Below are positions 36,092-47,100 of a stretch of 64,000 nucleotides of DNA, piece after piece. Below the pieces are notes generated by a model. The model saw nothing but the letters and a program-made list of their open reading frames with translations. It was not told the origin of the DNA and made no database searches. Both the position numbers and the translations under genes were made by a program. This DNA comes from Bacteroidaceae bacterium (lineage in GTDB: Bacteria; Bacteroidota; Bacteroidia; Bacteroidales; Bacteroidaceae): positions 26 through 64,025 of the forward strand of contig JAFZSP010000078.1 in the NCBI GenBank assembly GCA_017619335.1. The letters run 5' to 3'. Position 1 is the first letter of the stretch. The number at the start of each line of letters is the position of its first letter.

Positions 36092-36424
36092 TCACTTTTC
36101 GTCTTCATTCTTAGATTTTTCACGCTTCATCCTTTCACTTTTCGCTCCTTTTGGAACATACATAATGGTGGGAACCATCATGGCGAAGCCAATGAAGCAT
36201 GGAATGGGCGCCAGTCTGATGCGCCGGGCCTCGAAAGCCCCAGGGCCAGGTGACGCAGCGAAACGGCCGCCAGGTGTGTTGCGGATGTCAACAGGAGGCA
36301 GCATCAGCAGAAATCCCGTGACGATAAACACCACAGCCACGCCCGTCAGCGCAAAATGCTGCCACTGAAAGGCGCAGCGCCAGAGGTGTTCAGCTTTCTG
36401 AGTGTGGTTTGTTTTCTTGTGCAT
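36092..36424 (-). CDS. Small two-TM membrane protein (DUF3098-like)
   Basis: Trimmed to MHKKTNHTQKAEHLW. Two hydrophobic helices and a lysine/glutamate-rich tail. Confidence 0.5.
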   Translation of the reverse strand: MHKKTNHTQKAEHLWRCAFQWQHFALTGVAVVFIVTGFLLMLPPVDIRNTPGGRFAASPGPGAFEARRIRLAPIPCFIGFAMMVPTIMYVPKGAKSERMKREKSKNEDEK

Positions 36425-36613
36425 TGTTCTTTGCTTTTTAAGAGTTCGACAATTGGTTGACAGTTTGACATCGTGTAACGAAATCGTCGGCAAAGGTACA
36501 GCACAAGCAGTCAATCTTCCAAATATTTTCCCTGACAATTGTCTGACATTTCTCTGTCAGCATCGTTGTCAGAGAACGTTCTGACTGATTGTCAGAAAAT
36601 TGCGGTGATCGCT

Positions 36614-37333
36614 TTAATGGACGGTCAGTTGGTAGGAATCTCCGCGATGGCAGGAGATATTCAGTCCTGCCCGCTCCTGCAGGATGGGTTTGATGCGGCG
36701 GATGAGTGTGTAAAGGGTGGCAGAGGAGTCGGGTTTCTTGGGCCACAGACGGTCACAGATGTCCTGCTGTGACAGGCGCTGTTCAGGGGCAGCCAGGAAC
36801 AGCTCCATCAGTGCCTGCTGCATGGGCGTGAAATGTACCTCCTGCCCCTGAGCGAAGAAACGATGACGGGCAGCGTCATAACGGAGTGCGCCCATCTGCA
36901 GGCAATGCTCCATCACGGCCTGTCTGCGACGCAGAAAGAACAGACTGGTGACCAACCACAGCGCTGCAGCGGCTGCCAACAGTCCGGATGCTCGTTGATC
37001 GGAAATCGCCCACAAACTACTGAACGTCAGACCCGTGTTGGCTTTTAGTGTAGGACATTTTGTGTCCTCTGCCACTGCCAAAGAAAGGTAAGCGGTGTCC
37101 CGCACAACGTCCAAGGAGATGAGACTGCGATAGACGCGGATGGTGTCGGTATCGATGCGGTCGGCCTGACATTGGCGCAACGTCATTGTCAGTGCATAAT
37201 CCACATCTGCCTGTGCCCGTCGGCTGGCAGTCATCAGACTATCCACCCCTGCTGTGACCGCAGAGGACACCAGCAGAAGAAACACCAGAATCGCTGTCTG
37301 AGGTTTCATGGAAACGTTTTCTTTCTGCATCAT
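36614..37333 (-). CDS. Membrane-anchored one-component regulator with C-terminal OmpR/PhoB-type winged-helix DNA-binding domain
   Basis: A -7 box (TACCTTTG, minus strand) at 37361-37368 overlaps the first ATG of the ORF, so the start is moved to 37333 (or 37309). N-terminal signal/TM, ~100-aa extracytoplasmic segment, second TM, then FTPMQQALMELF...LYTLIRRIKPIL...YQL (trans_reg_C-like). Confidence 0.6.
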   Translation of the reverse strand: MMQKENVSMKPQTAILVFLLLVSSAVTAGVDSLMTASRRAQADVDYALTMTLRQCQADRIDTDTIRVYRSLISLDVVRDTAYLSLAVAEDTKCPTLKANTGLTFSSLWAISDQRASGLLAAAAALWLVTSLFFLRRRQAVMEHCLQMGALRYDAARHRFFAQGQEVHFTPMQQALMELFLAAPEQRLSQQDICDRLWPKKPDSSATLYTLIRRIKPILQERAGLNISCHRGDSYQLTVH

Positions 37334-37439
37334 TGTAATAAAAACCTTTGAATTTGGCCGCAAAGGTAGGCACCATCCGTCAATCCACCAAATATTCTCC
37401 GTTAAAAATGCTTATAAAGAAAGATTCGAGGTTCTGTGT

Positions 37440-38000
37440 TCAGAAGTTGACGCGGTAATGCTGTTTATGACGTTGGGGGTCGAAGAACGCGACACCATAG
37501 GTGTAAAGGTCAAAGGTGATACCTGTGTGGGCGTCTTCCTGCAGGGCGTGCCAGAGGGAGAGGGCAGAGGCACTATAATGAATTCCCTCGACGACCAACA
37601 TTCCCTGCTGCGGCATCTGGCGAGCAATATCAAGGGCAGATGGCAGGAAATCGGTGGAGATGAAAACGAAGTCGGCTACACCTTGTTTAATTACACGCGC
37701 GTGAGGAACGGCCTGTGTAATGTACTGCTTTTCCAAGGGACAGTCTCCGAGAATGCAGACGGTCTTGGGTTCTGCAAAATTGGCCAGACGGAAGAGCAGA
37801 CGGCGGCACTGAACAGGATAGAGACGCATCGTGCGAATCCACCAGGGGTGCAGACGATCCAGAGTGTGATAAGCATAGAAAGGCGTACGCTCGTTCACCA
37901 CACCTCTGATGAACGAATAGGCAAACGGCGAGTGTACACCATAACCCTTGCGCTTTCGGAAGCGCGTAAACCACACCCAAGGACGACGTATTAACCGCAT
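37440..38000 (-). CDS. Hypothetical protein, possibly class I SAM-dependent methyltransferase-like
   Basis: 186-aa ORF. A DFVFIS motif resembles the post-I/II region of O-methyltransferases. A -7 box (TACTTTTG, minus strand) lies near 38030. The assignment is weak. Confidence 0.4.
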   Translation of the reverse strand: MRLIRRPWVWFTRFRKRKGYGVHSPFAYSFIRGVVNERTPFYAYHTLDRLHPWWIRTMRLYPVQCRRLLFRLANFAEPKTVCILGDCPLEKQYITQAVPHARVIKQGVADFVFISTDFLPSALDIARQMPQQGMLVVEGIHYSASALSLWHALQEDAHTGITFDLYTYGVAFFDPQRHKQHYRVNF

Positions 38001-38112
38001 TTCTGTGTCATTTTGCTACTATTTGAGGACAAAAGTACGAAAAATATTCAACTTGGAACCTGAAACTTGAAACTTTTTGTGACTTTATGCTACTTTTTCT
38101 TGCATTTTTATG

Positions 38113-38120
38113 TACCTTTG
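38113..38120 (+). promoter_or_regulatory. -7 promoter box TACCTTTG
   Basis: Followed by CGGCCGAATT. Lies 35 nt upstream of the ATG at 38155. Confidence 0.45.
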
Positions 38121-38154
38121 CGGCCGAATTTGTTAAAATTGAACCTAAAAAAAT

Positions 38155-40134
38155 ATGAGAGTTCTCACACAAGAAGAGATTACACGGCTGGAGCAGCAGG
38201 GCTGTACGGCCGAAAATTGGTCACAGGTCCTCATCAGTGACGAGCAGAGTCTGAAATACATTCGCGGCACGCGCTTCAGCGGTGACATCCGTTTGGGCAG
38301 CTTCCGCAAGAGCTTCGAGATGCCGGGCGGTATCCACAAGCATACGGGATTGTTCAATGCCACGCTGCATGATGTCACCATCGGTGATGACTGCTGCATC
38401 GAGAACATTAAGAACTACATTGCCAACTATGACATCGCTGATAACTGCTTCATAGAGAATGTGGATATCATCCTCTGTGACGGCCCCACCAGCTTCGGTA
38501 ACGGCGTGGAGGTCTGTGTGCTCAACGAGACGGGCGGCCGTGAGGTCACTATTCATGACCGTATGTCGGCTCATGAAGCATACTTGGAGACTTTCTACCG
38601 TCACCGTCCGGCACTCATCAGCCGTCTGAAGGAGTTTGCCGCAGAGCGTGTGAAAGCACGCACCAGCATGAGAGGCACCATCAGCAGTCACTGCACCATC
38701 GTGGATACTGGATACATCAAGAATGTCTTCATGGGTCCATACGCCAAGGTGGAAGGCGCCGGCCGACTGAAGAACGGTACACTGAACAGTCGCAGTGAAG
38801 CACCTGTGCATGTGGGCTATGGTGTCATCTGTGACGACTTCATCATCCAGGACGGCTCCCATGTGGAGGACTGTTCCACCATTGAGCGCGTCTATGTGGG
38901 TCAGGCCTGTGTATTGGGGCACGGATACTCTGCCTCAGACAGCCTTTTCTTTGCCAACTGTCAGGAAGAGAACGGCGAGGCCTGCGCCATTTTTGCTGGA
39001 CCTTTCACCGTGACCCACCACAAGAGCACGCTGCTTATCGCGGGTTTGTTCTCCTTCATGAATGCCGGCAGCGGCAGCAACCAGAGTAACCACATGTACA
39101 AGCTTGGACCCATCCATCAGGGAGCGTTGGAACGCGGTGCCAAGACAAGTTCTGACTCCTATATCCTCTGGCCCGCACGCATCGGCGCTTTCTCACTCGT
39201 AATGGGACGTCACAGCAGTCACCCGGATACCTCCCTGCTTCCTTTCTCCTACCTGATAGAGAAGAACGGAGAAACGTGGCTGGCACCCGCCGTGAACCTC
39301 CGCAGTGTGGGCACGGTGCGTGATGCTCAGAAGTGGCCCAAGCGTGACAAGCGTTACAAGGAAGACCGACTGGACCAGATTAACTACAACCTCCTTTCGC
39401 CCTATACCATCGACAAGATGTTCAAGGGGTTACACATCCTTGAAGAGTTGGAGAACCTCAGTGGTGCCACCAGCGATGTCTATGCCTATCAGAGCGCCAA
39501 AATCAGCAACCACAGCCTGCATCGAGGCAAGCAGCTCTATCGCATCGCCATCGAGAAGTTCATCGGCAACAGCCTCATCAGCCACTTAGAGCGCACAGAC
39601 TGCACCTCTGCCGAGAGCGTCTTGGAAGGACTGAAGCCCACTCGCACAGAAGGCCGCGGAACGTGGGTGGATCTGGCTGGGCTCATCGCACCTAAAGAAT
39701 GTCTCAAGGCTCTAATGGATAGTGTGGAAGAAGGTACCATCACCTCTGCAGAGGAGTTTGACGAGGCACTCCGAAAGATGCACGCCAACTATTATAAGTA
39801 TGAGTGGACGTGGGCCTACCAGTTGATGATTGATTACTATGGACTCTACGAGAATCTCATCACCATCGAGGACCTCATCCGCATCATCAAGAAGTGGAAG
39901 GAAAGTGTGGTCAAGTTGGATGAGATGCTTTATTCCGATGCCAAGAAAGAGTTCTCCCTGACGGCTCACACGGGCTTCGGATTCGATACCGCCAGCCAGC
40001 GTCATGCAGAACTAGACTTCGAACAGGTGCGAGGCGATTTTGACACCAATCCCTTCGTCACAGAAACATTGGCACACATCCAGCGAAAAAGTGAACTCGG
40101 AGACCGCATCATCACGATGTTGGAAGCACTCTGA
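38155..40134 (+). CDS. DUF4954-like protein (left-handed beta-helix-like N-terminal half)
   Basis: 659-aa ORF with hexapeptide-like repeats in the first ~350 aa. The family name is from memory. Confidence 0.5.
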   Translation: MRVLTQEEITRLEQQGCTAENWSQVLISDEQSLKYIRGTRFSGDIRLGSFRKSFEMPGGIHKHTGLFNATLHDVTIGDDCCIENIKNYIANYDIADNCFIENVDIILCDGPTSFGNGVEVCVLNETGGREVTIHDRMSAHEAYLETFYRHRPALISRLKEFAAERVKARTSMRGTISSHCTIVDTGYIKNVFMGPYAKVEGAGRLKNGTLNSRSEAPVHVGYGVICDDFIIQDGSHVEDCSTIERVYVGQACVLGHGYSASDSLFFANCQEENGEACAIFAGPFTVTHHKSTLLIAGLFSFMNAGSGSNQSNHMYKLGPIHQGALERGAKTSSDSYILWPARIGAFSLVMGRHSSHPDTSLLPFSYLIEKNGETWLAPAVNLRSVGTVRDAQKWPKRDKRYKEDRLDQINYNLLSPYTIDKMFKGLHILEELENLSGATSDVYAYQSAKISNHSLHRGKQLYRIAIEKFIGNSLISHLERTDCTSAESVLEGLKPTRTEGRGTWVDLAGLIAPKECLKALMDSVEEGTITSAEEFDEALRKMHANYYKYEWTWAYQLMIDYYGLYENLITIEDLIRIIKKWKESVVKLDEMLYSDAKKEFSLTAHTGFGFDTASQRHAELDFEQVRGDFDTNPFVTETLAHIQRKSELGDRIITMLEAL

Positions 40135-40205
40135 AAAAGTCTATTCACTCATCTTGAATCATGAAACTTGAGACTTAAAACCCCGTTTTTAGTTAATTAA
40201 ACTTA

Positions 40206-40239
40206 ACGTCCTGCGGTTTCTTGCTGCGGGACGTTTTTT
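40206..40239 (+). terminator. Rho-independent terminator
   Basis: acgtcctgcgg-tttcttg-ctgcgggacgt followed by T6. The 11-bp stem includes two G-U pairs. Confidence 0.7.
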
Positions 40240-40256
40240 CTTTCCCTTTTTCCACC

Positions 40257-40264
40257 TATCTTTG
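40257..40264 (+). promoter_or_regulatory. -7 promoter box TATCTTTG
   Basis: Lies 63 nt upstream of the ATG at 40327. Confidence 0.45.
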
Positions 40265-40326
40265 CCCCGCGAAACCGCAATATCTGATAATTCAATTCAT
40301 TACTTAACCTTTCAACCAACTATCGT

Positions 40327-43300
40327 ATGAAGAAATTCTACACCATTCTGACCCTCCTGACAGCGCTGCTGCTGGGAGGAATGACCACCGTTAAGGCACA
40401 GAACGACGAACTCATCGAGTTTGCTGTCAACGCCAAAGCCGGTGACTGGACAGCATGCAACCCTGCCCGCACCTGGGCCAGCGCCTGGGCCAGCGTGGAT
40501 CAAGACCTCGGCATCGCCATCAAGCACGCCAAGGGCAACAACAACATGGCCTTCTGGGACGGTTTCAACATCCAGTTCTACAGCTCCGTGGGCAGCAGTA
40601 CTACTAACGAGGACTACTACATCATCCCCTCCAAGAAGTACTATGTGGCTGAAATCAGCTTCGATTTCGTGGCAGGAAAGCATCCCAGCTACGCTTTCTC
40701 CGGAGTGGCTGTGAGCATTGACGGAGGCGACCCCGTGGAGAACGAGAGCGATTCAGACCCTGTTCACATCGAGGCTACTGATCTGGATCCCACACAGTCA
40801 CAGGCTGTCTTCAATGTGGCCACCATCGGTGACACCCCAACCTTTGCCAACACCAGCAACTTCATCGTCAGACTCCATAAGCGTTCACGCGAAGAGGTGG
40901 CAGAGCTGGAATTTGCTGAGGTATTGAACGAGTATGGCAATTATGACCGTGCCAACTTCCCCACAGGAACTGAGCCCGGTATGTACACAGAGGCTGCGCT
41001 GGATGCCTTCTTCGCAGCAATGGAAGCTGCCTATGCCACAGAGGACCTGCCCGAATCAGAACGCACAGCAGATCTTCTGGAGAAACTCATCGCAGACATC
41101 CAGAACACCTATGAAGCCCTGTTGGCTTCCAAGATTATGACGCTCTCCTATCCAGCTGGTTACTATCGCATCAAGGCCGCTATGGAATACACCAATGAAG
41201 TGCCCACTGGCGAGAAGGACGAGGACGGTTTTGACATCATGGAATCCGTGGAGAAGACCAAGTTCATGCTCGGAGAGAAGAGCGGTAATGACCTCTCTGC
41301 TGTCTGGGGTGACTTGGAGGACGACAATGTGGAACTGCAGACACGTGCCCTCTGGCGCATCAGTCCCTTGGAGGAAAAGGCAGAGAACGGTGCCAACGTC
41401 TTCACCCTCTCCAATGTCTTCAACGAGGCTGGTTTCACCACCATCAGCACAAGCGCCAAGGTCGTCATGAAGGCTGGGGCAGGTGAACTCATGGCTTTCG
41501 AACCTGCAATGACGGAAGAGGGAGTCACCTATATTAATATACGCGTGGCAGCCCAGGAAATCGGCTACACCTACCTCCACCAGAGCGGGCACAAGAGCGG
41601 TTTAGGCGTTAGTGGAGATGTTGTCGGTTGGGAACCCAGTTACAGCGTCACCAACGGACCTGGTGGCACTGAGTGGGTGCTGGAGAAGGTGGACGATGCA
41701 GAGGCAGAACAGATTATCGCTGCTTTCATCCCCATCCGTGAGCGTCAGGAGTTCGAGGCTGCTTATGTAGCACTCAAGGCTGATGCCGTCGTGGCACTGA
41801 ACAAGGCCAAGGACTTCATCGTCGGAACAGAAGGCATTATCACAGATCCAGATCAGTTCTCCTCACCCTGGTCTGATGCTGATGAAGGAGCAGACTTCGG
41901 AGCACTCATTGACAACGATGCCTCTACCTTCTGGCACAGCGACTGGCACAACGGTTCAGTGCCCGTGCACACTCATTATCTGCAAGTGGCTCTCGCTGAT
42001 GATGCCTACGAGCTGCTGCAACTCACAATGACACGTCGCAACGCTGCCAACGACCACATCACACAATGGGGTGTCTATGGCAGCAATGATGCAGAGGCCG
42101 ATGACGCCGACTGGACCAAGGTGGCTACGCTGGATATGCCCTTCGGCAAGAAAGCAGAGACCCTCAGCGCTGCTCCCTTCAATCCCCGTGGCTACAAGAA
42201 TCTCCGCTTCTATATTGACAACACCACAGGCACCAAGGGCAACAGCCGCGGCTACGGCCACATGGCAGAGTTCCAGCTCTTTGAGGCCAAGGTGAACCCC
42301 ACTTCCCAGTATGCCCTCATGGGTGATGCCGCCAAGACACTGGACGATGTGCTGGCAGCCCAGGAGAACGTGGAAGTCAGTGAAATCACAGAGGAACAGG
42401 CTGCTGCCCTTCAGGCTGCATACGATGCCTTCCTGCTCAAGTATGTGGATCCCGCAGACCTCCGCAGCGTTATCGCTTCCGTGGAAGGCATCGCTGACGG
42501 TATGGTCATTGGTACCAATCCTGGCTACTGGACAGACACCAATGTTGCCAATGAACTGAAGAAAGTCGTGGCTGAGGCTCGTGCCTACGACGAGGCTGGT
42601 GTCTATGTGGCTGAACAGAGCAATGAACTCATCCGCCGCCTCAATGAACAGGGCGACCTCGTCCGTGCTGCTGCCATCAGCGTGCAGCCCGGCAAGTGGT
42701 ATCGCATCCGTTTCGGAACAGAAGCTGAATTTGAGAAAGGCGGTTGGGATCTCGTGGCCGGTTCTGCCAACGTTGATGCCAACGATGTGGAAATTGACGA
42801 GGCTCTCTGGGGCAAGTACATCACCTGCGGTGATTATGAGCAGGGCGAGAACGGTGAGAACCTGGTGAACATCGTGGATGCAGACCAGGTGCGCATGGGT
42901 GACAATGTATTCTTCGATGCTGCAGAGGATGTTTCAGACAAGGACGAGATGCTCTTCCGCTTCGTGGCTGTCGGAGACACCGCATACATCCTTCAGAACA
43001 AGGCCACGGGCTTCTTCCTCCGTGCTGCCGGCACTTCTGGCTTTGTCCGTCACAGCATTCATCCCTCACTCTTCAGCGTCAGCCCCATCGGGTATGGACA
43101 GAACTTGATCGCTGCTCGTGACCTCGAGGGCAACAAGCAGAACTACCTGCACGCTCAGAAACAATACAACGTTCTGGTCACGTGGGATGCCTACACGCCT
43201 GGAAGCCGTAGTGCGCTCTACATTGAGGAAGCCGGCGACGTGGAAGCCAACTATGACGGCACAGAGTTCACCATGGATATGAAGACTGGTCAGCTCTACA

Positions 43301-43884
43301 CCATGTGCTATCCTGTCTCCCTGTCCATCGAGGAGGAAGACGGCGTCATGTACACCGTCAATGAGGCTAAGGGCGGTAACATCACCTTGGCTCCCATCCA
43401 GGGAACCGCCGCTGCCGGCAGACCGTTCATTTATATCTTAGGTGACACAGAGAGCTATGATCCCGAGGCGGACGCCAATGAGATTACCTTCCGTCACGGA
43501 TATGAAGTAGCTGCTGCTCCAGACACCCTCCACGCACTGCGAGGCACCTACACCCAGATCGATCAGGTGGGAGCCGGTTACCTCATCGTGGATGAGCACA
43601 ATCCCACTCAGTTCGCCGTCACTCGCAATCTGATGGGAGGCACTGTGGCTGCTAATACCGCTTACATCGTCTCCGATGAGAAGCTCTCCATCAGTGCTGA
43701 CATCACCGTTGAGATTCCCGAGGACGCTGTGGATGGCATCCAGACCGCTTTGCGTAACATTTCACGCGCAGGTACCATCTATACGATGGATGGTCGCGTG
43801 GCTGCTAAGGGCAACCTCAACACGCTCCGCACATTACCGAAGGGCGTCTATATTCTCAATGGCACAAAGGTGACTATCAAATGA
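40327..43884 (+). CDS. Large secreted F5/8 type C (discoidin) domain protein with T9SS C-terminal sorting domain
   Basis: Signal peptide MKKFYTILTLLTALLLGGMTTVKAQ. Discoidin-like block FWHSDWH...HMAEFQLFEA. The C-terminus ...GVYILNGTKVTIK is typical of a type-A T9SS CTD. Confidence 0.75.
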   Translation: MKKFYTILTLLTALLLGGMTTVKAQNDELIEFAVNAKAGDWTACNPARTWASAWASVDQDLGIAIKHAKGNNNMAFWDGFNIQFYSSVGSSTTNEDYYIIPSKKYYVAEISFDFVAGKHPSYAFSGVAVSIDGGDPVENESDSDPVHIEATDLDPTQSQAVFNVATIGDTPTFANTSNFIVRLHKRSREEVAELEFAEVLNEYGNYDRANFPTGTEPGMYTEAALDAFFAAMEAAYATEDLPESERTADLLEKLIADIQNTYEALLASKIMTLSYPAGYYRIKAAMEYTNEVPTGEKDEDGFDIMESVEKTKFMLGEKSGNDLSAVWGDLEDDNVELQTRALWRISPLEEKAENGANVFTLSNVFNEAGFTTISTSAKVVMKAGAGELMAFEPAMTEEGVTYINIRVAAQEIGYTYLHQSGHKSGLGVSGDVVGWEPSYSVTNGPGGTEWVLEKVDDAEAEQIIAAFIPIRERQEFEAAYVALKADAVVALNKAKDFIVGTEGIITDPDQFSSPWSDADEGADFGALIDNDASTFWHSDWHNGSVPVHTHYLQVALADDAYELLQLTMTRRNAANDHITQWGVYGSNDAEADDADWTKVATLDMPFGKKAETLSAAPFNPRGYKNLRFYIDNTTGTKGNSRGYGHMAEFQLFEAKVNPTSQYALMGDAAKTLDDVLAAQENVEVSEITEEQAAALQAAYDAFLLKYVDPADLRSVIASVEGIADGMVIGTNPGYWTDTNVANELKKVVAEARAYDEAGVYVAEQSNELIRRLNEQGDLVRAAAISVQPGKWYRIRFGTEAEFEKGGWDLVAGSANVDANDVEIDEALWGKYITCGDYEQGENGENLVNIVDADQVRMGDNVFFDAAEDVSDKDEMLFRFVAVGDTAYILQNKATGFFLRAAGTSGFVRHSIHPSLFSVSPIGYGQNLIAARDLEGNKQNYLHAQKQYNVLVTWDAYTPGSRSALYIEEAGDVEANYDGTEFTMDMKTGQLYTMCYPVSLSIEEEDGVMYTVNEAKGGNITLAPIQGTAAAGRPFIYILGDTESYDPEADANEITFRHGYEVAAAPDTLHALRGTYTQIDQVGAGYLIVDEHNPTQFAVTRNLMGGTVAANTAYIVSDEKLSISADITVEIPEDAVDGIQTALRNISRAGTIYTMDGRVAAKGNLNTLRTLPKGVYILNGTKVTIK

Positions 43885-43993
43885 ACGATAGAAGAAACAA
43901 TGTAGTCTGCAAAAAATGATGATTCATCCTTCTATTTTACATTCTACATTTAACATTTGACATCGAAAGTCGCCCTCTTTTAGTTAAAATAGT

Positions 43994-44033
43994 TTAACGC
44001 GCTGCACTTTTAACGTGTGGCGCGTTAATTTTT
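43994..44033 (+). terminator. Rho-independent terminator
   Basis: ttaacgcgc ... gcgcgttaa stem followed by TTTTT. Confidence 0.65.
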
Positions 44034-44046
44034 CCTCAATAGTCTC

Positions 44047-44054
44047 TATATTTG
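44047..44054 (+). promoter_or_regulatory. -7 promoter box TATATTTG
   Basis: Lies 87 nt upstream of the ATG at 44141. Confidence 0.45.
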
Positions 44055-44140
44055 TCCCCGAAATACCCATAATTGCGGGGTTTTCCCGCACCAAACAAGC
44101 ATTTACAAACCATTTTTATTAACTCTAAATTCAAAATCCT

Positions 44141-47100
44141 ATGAAGAAAATTTACTTTTTTCTTTTAGCAATGTTCGGACTGCTTTTCAGCACGAACATC
44201 TTCGCACAGGAGGAACCTGACTATGGTTGGGAAGTGGACGAAGCAGTTGTGACGATGGACAACTGGGAGGAACTCCTCTACAGTCCTTTCTCCGACAGTG
44301 TTGAAGGTACTGACTTGAGTGCGCTCGTCGATGAATCAACAAGTTCATTCTGGCACACCGACTGGCACGGCGAAGTCTCTTATTCCGGCAACCACTATCT
44401 TCAGATTATGATGCCCGACTGGGTTACTGAGGAAACGGAACTTGCCATGCGCTTTACCCGTCGTAGTACGGATAATGACCATACCATCGAATGGAGCATT
44501 CGTGGTACCAATGAAGATGTGGAATGGTCCGCAGAGGAGAGCTGTGAGGAACTGCTGTATGCTTCCACCCCGTTCTCCAGCAATACTGAGACCCTGATGA
44601 CCGAGACATTCTCCACCAAGGGTTACAAGTACATCCGCATTTACTCGGAGAACACTTACGGTAAAAGCGCCAGCTTCCGCAAATTCTGGCACGTCTCCGA
44701 GTTGAACCTCTACACACTTCGTAAGAGGACGCTGGAAGAGTATGTCGAAGAAGAGAAGAACAAGGTGCTGGAAGAGTATGCCATTTATCAAGGCACATTT
44801 GTCACGGGCACCACTCCGGGTTGCTACGGCGAAGCAGAAGTGGAAGAGTTTGATGCTGCCCTTGAAGCCCTCTATGCATTGGACGAGCCCGGTGCAGAAA
44901 TGCCTTCACAGGAAGAGTTGCTCGCCATGTTGGAACGCGTGAAAGTAGCCTACGAGGCTGTCCTCGCTTCACTGGTGACCACTGCTGTTCCTGATGGTTA
45001 CTATCGCATCCGTTCCGCTATGATCTACTACAATGATGTAGCCACCGGCGAAAAGGATGAGGAAGGTAATGACATCACAGAGCCTTGGGAGGGTTACAAG
45101 TATATGATGGGCCACAAGCAGAACGGCAAGCTCTGGGGCATCTGGGCTTCTCCCGATTGGGGCGGTGAAGCTGTTGAATCAGAATGTCGCAAGCTCTGGA
45201 AGATTACCAATAAGGACGGCTTCTATGACATGGTCAGCATGTATAATGATGCCCGCTTCATGGATGTCGCAAGAAGTACTAGCGTAGAGATGTCTCTCGA
45301 GAGCGAGAACCTCATGGCCATCGAGACTGCCGGTGCCGATGTGGACGGTAACGTGATGGTGAACTTCCGCGTTTCCACACAGCCTTCGGGTGATTATCTG
45401 TATCTCCACCAGAACGGCCACAGTAATGGTACTGGTGTGAACGGCTTCCTCGTGGGATGGTGCAACACCGTGGATCAGACCACTGGCGAGCCGGGTGCTA
45501 CCGAATGGGTACTTGAACCCGTGGACGAAGAAGAGGCTCTGCAAATCATTGCCGACTACGAACCTTACAAGGATGTGAAGAAACTGGTGGATGCTATGAA
45601 GGAATTGAGCAATACGGCCAAAGAACAAATCGTCGTGGCTAAGGACGTCCAGAAGATTTGGGATAATGAAGATGATCCTCTCATTAAGGATGTCTCTCAG
45701 CTTAGCAGTCCTTATACAGAACCCAGTGAGGGTGCCCTCGAGTATCTGCTTGATGGTGACTTGAGCAACTTCTGGCATTCCATCTGGAGCAGCGGTTCTG
45801 TGCCTGGCGGTACCCACTACCTGCAGGTGGAGATTGTGGATGACGATGTGACCACCGTTGCTTTCAAGGGCTATCGTCGTAATGCTGATAATGACCACAC
45901 CACCAAGTGGAGCGTTTATGGTTCAGATGATGAAGACCTGGACAACGAACTTGGCAAGGAAGGTTGTGACTCTCTTGCAACCTTCGAAACTCCGTTCAAC
46001 AAGCCCAACGAATATATCGAGGGCGCTGTCTTCGACACCAAGGGTCATAAGTACCTCCGCTTCTACTCTGAAGAAGAGACAGGTCCGAGTTATGGCACTC
46101 GCGGTTACTGGCACATGGCTGAGTTCCAGCTCTATCGTGCTCACGAGTATCAGTCCGAGACTTGCCAGTACAATGTCTTGGGTGACATCGTGAAGAATCT
46201 GGAAGCTGCCATTGAGGAAGTCGATGCCATTGACACCGATGAGGCCGAAATGGAAGAACTCCAGGCCGCTTATAACAAGCTGAAAGCCGCTTACGAATCC
46301 TTCGCAGAGAAGTTCGTGGATCCCGCAGAACTCCGTCAAGCTATGGCTGACGCTACAGAAATGGCTGAAGGTGTGGCCGTGGGTAAGGATCCTGGTTTCT
46401 GGCCCTCCACAGAGACAGCTGATGCTCTGAACAAGATGGTAGCTGATGCCAAGACTTACGACGAGAGTGGTGCCTACACACCTGCTAAGAGCGACGAGTT
46501 CCTGGCTTCCTTCGAAGCACTGGGTAAGGCTTGCGAAGATGCTGTCATCAAGATTCAGGAAGGCAAGTGGTATCGTGTCCGCTTCGGTACTGAAGATGAA
46601 TATGAGAAGTATGGTTGGGACTATACAGGCAGTGATGACGATATCAATGACGAAGGTACCGTCGTGAACGAAGCCATCTTTGGCAAGTATATGACTCTGG
46701 CCACCCAAGAGGATAACGATGGTGTACACTCTGTGATTCCCGTGGAGGCTGAAGATGTCGTGATGAATGACAACCTGTACTTCGATGATGATGATGACAT
46801 CATGGATAAGGATCTCTCCCTCTTCCGCTTCGTGGCTGTGGGTGACAGCGCCTACATGATTCAGAGCAAGGCTACGGGTCTCTTCCTGAAAGCTGCTGGC
46901 ACAACAGGCCGAGTTGCTTTGAGTGTCCAGCCCTCTCTCTTCACACAGAAGGCTCTGGGTCTGGGTGCCAACCTCTTGGAGGCTAAGCACATCAACGGCG
47001 CTGGCCAGTCCAACCTGCACTTCGCTCGCAACTGGAACGTTATCGAGACTTGGGGTGCAACAGAAATCGGCAGTCGCAGCTCACTCTTCATCGAGACAGC

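Noticed and set aside
40312-40683. 123-aa minus-strand ORF overlapping the start of the first T9SS gene
   Set aside because: It is antisense to a gene with a clear signal peptide and paralog support, and has no independent signals.
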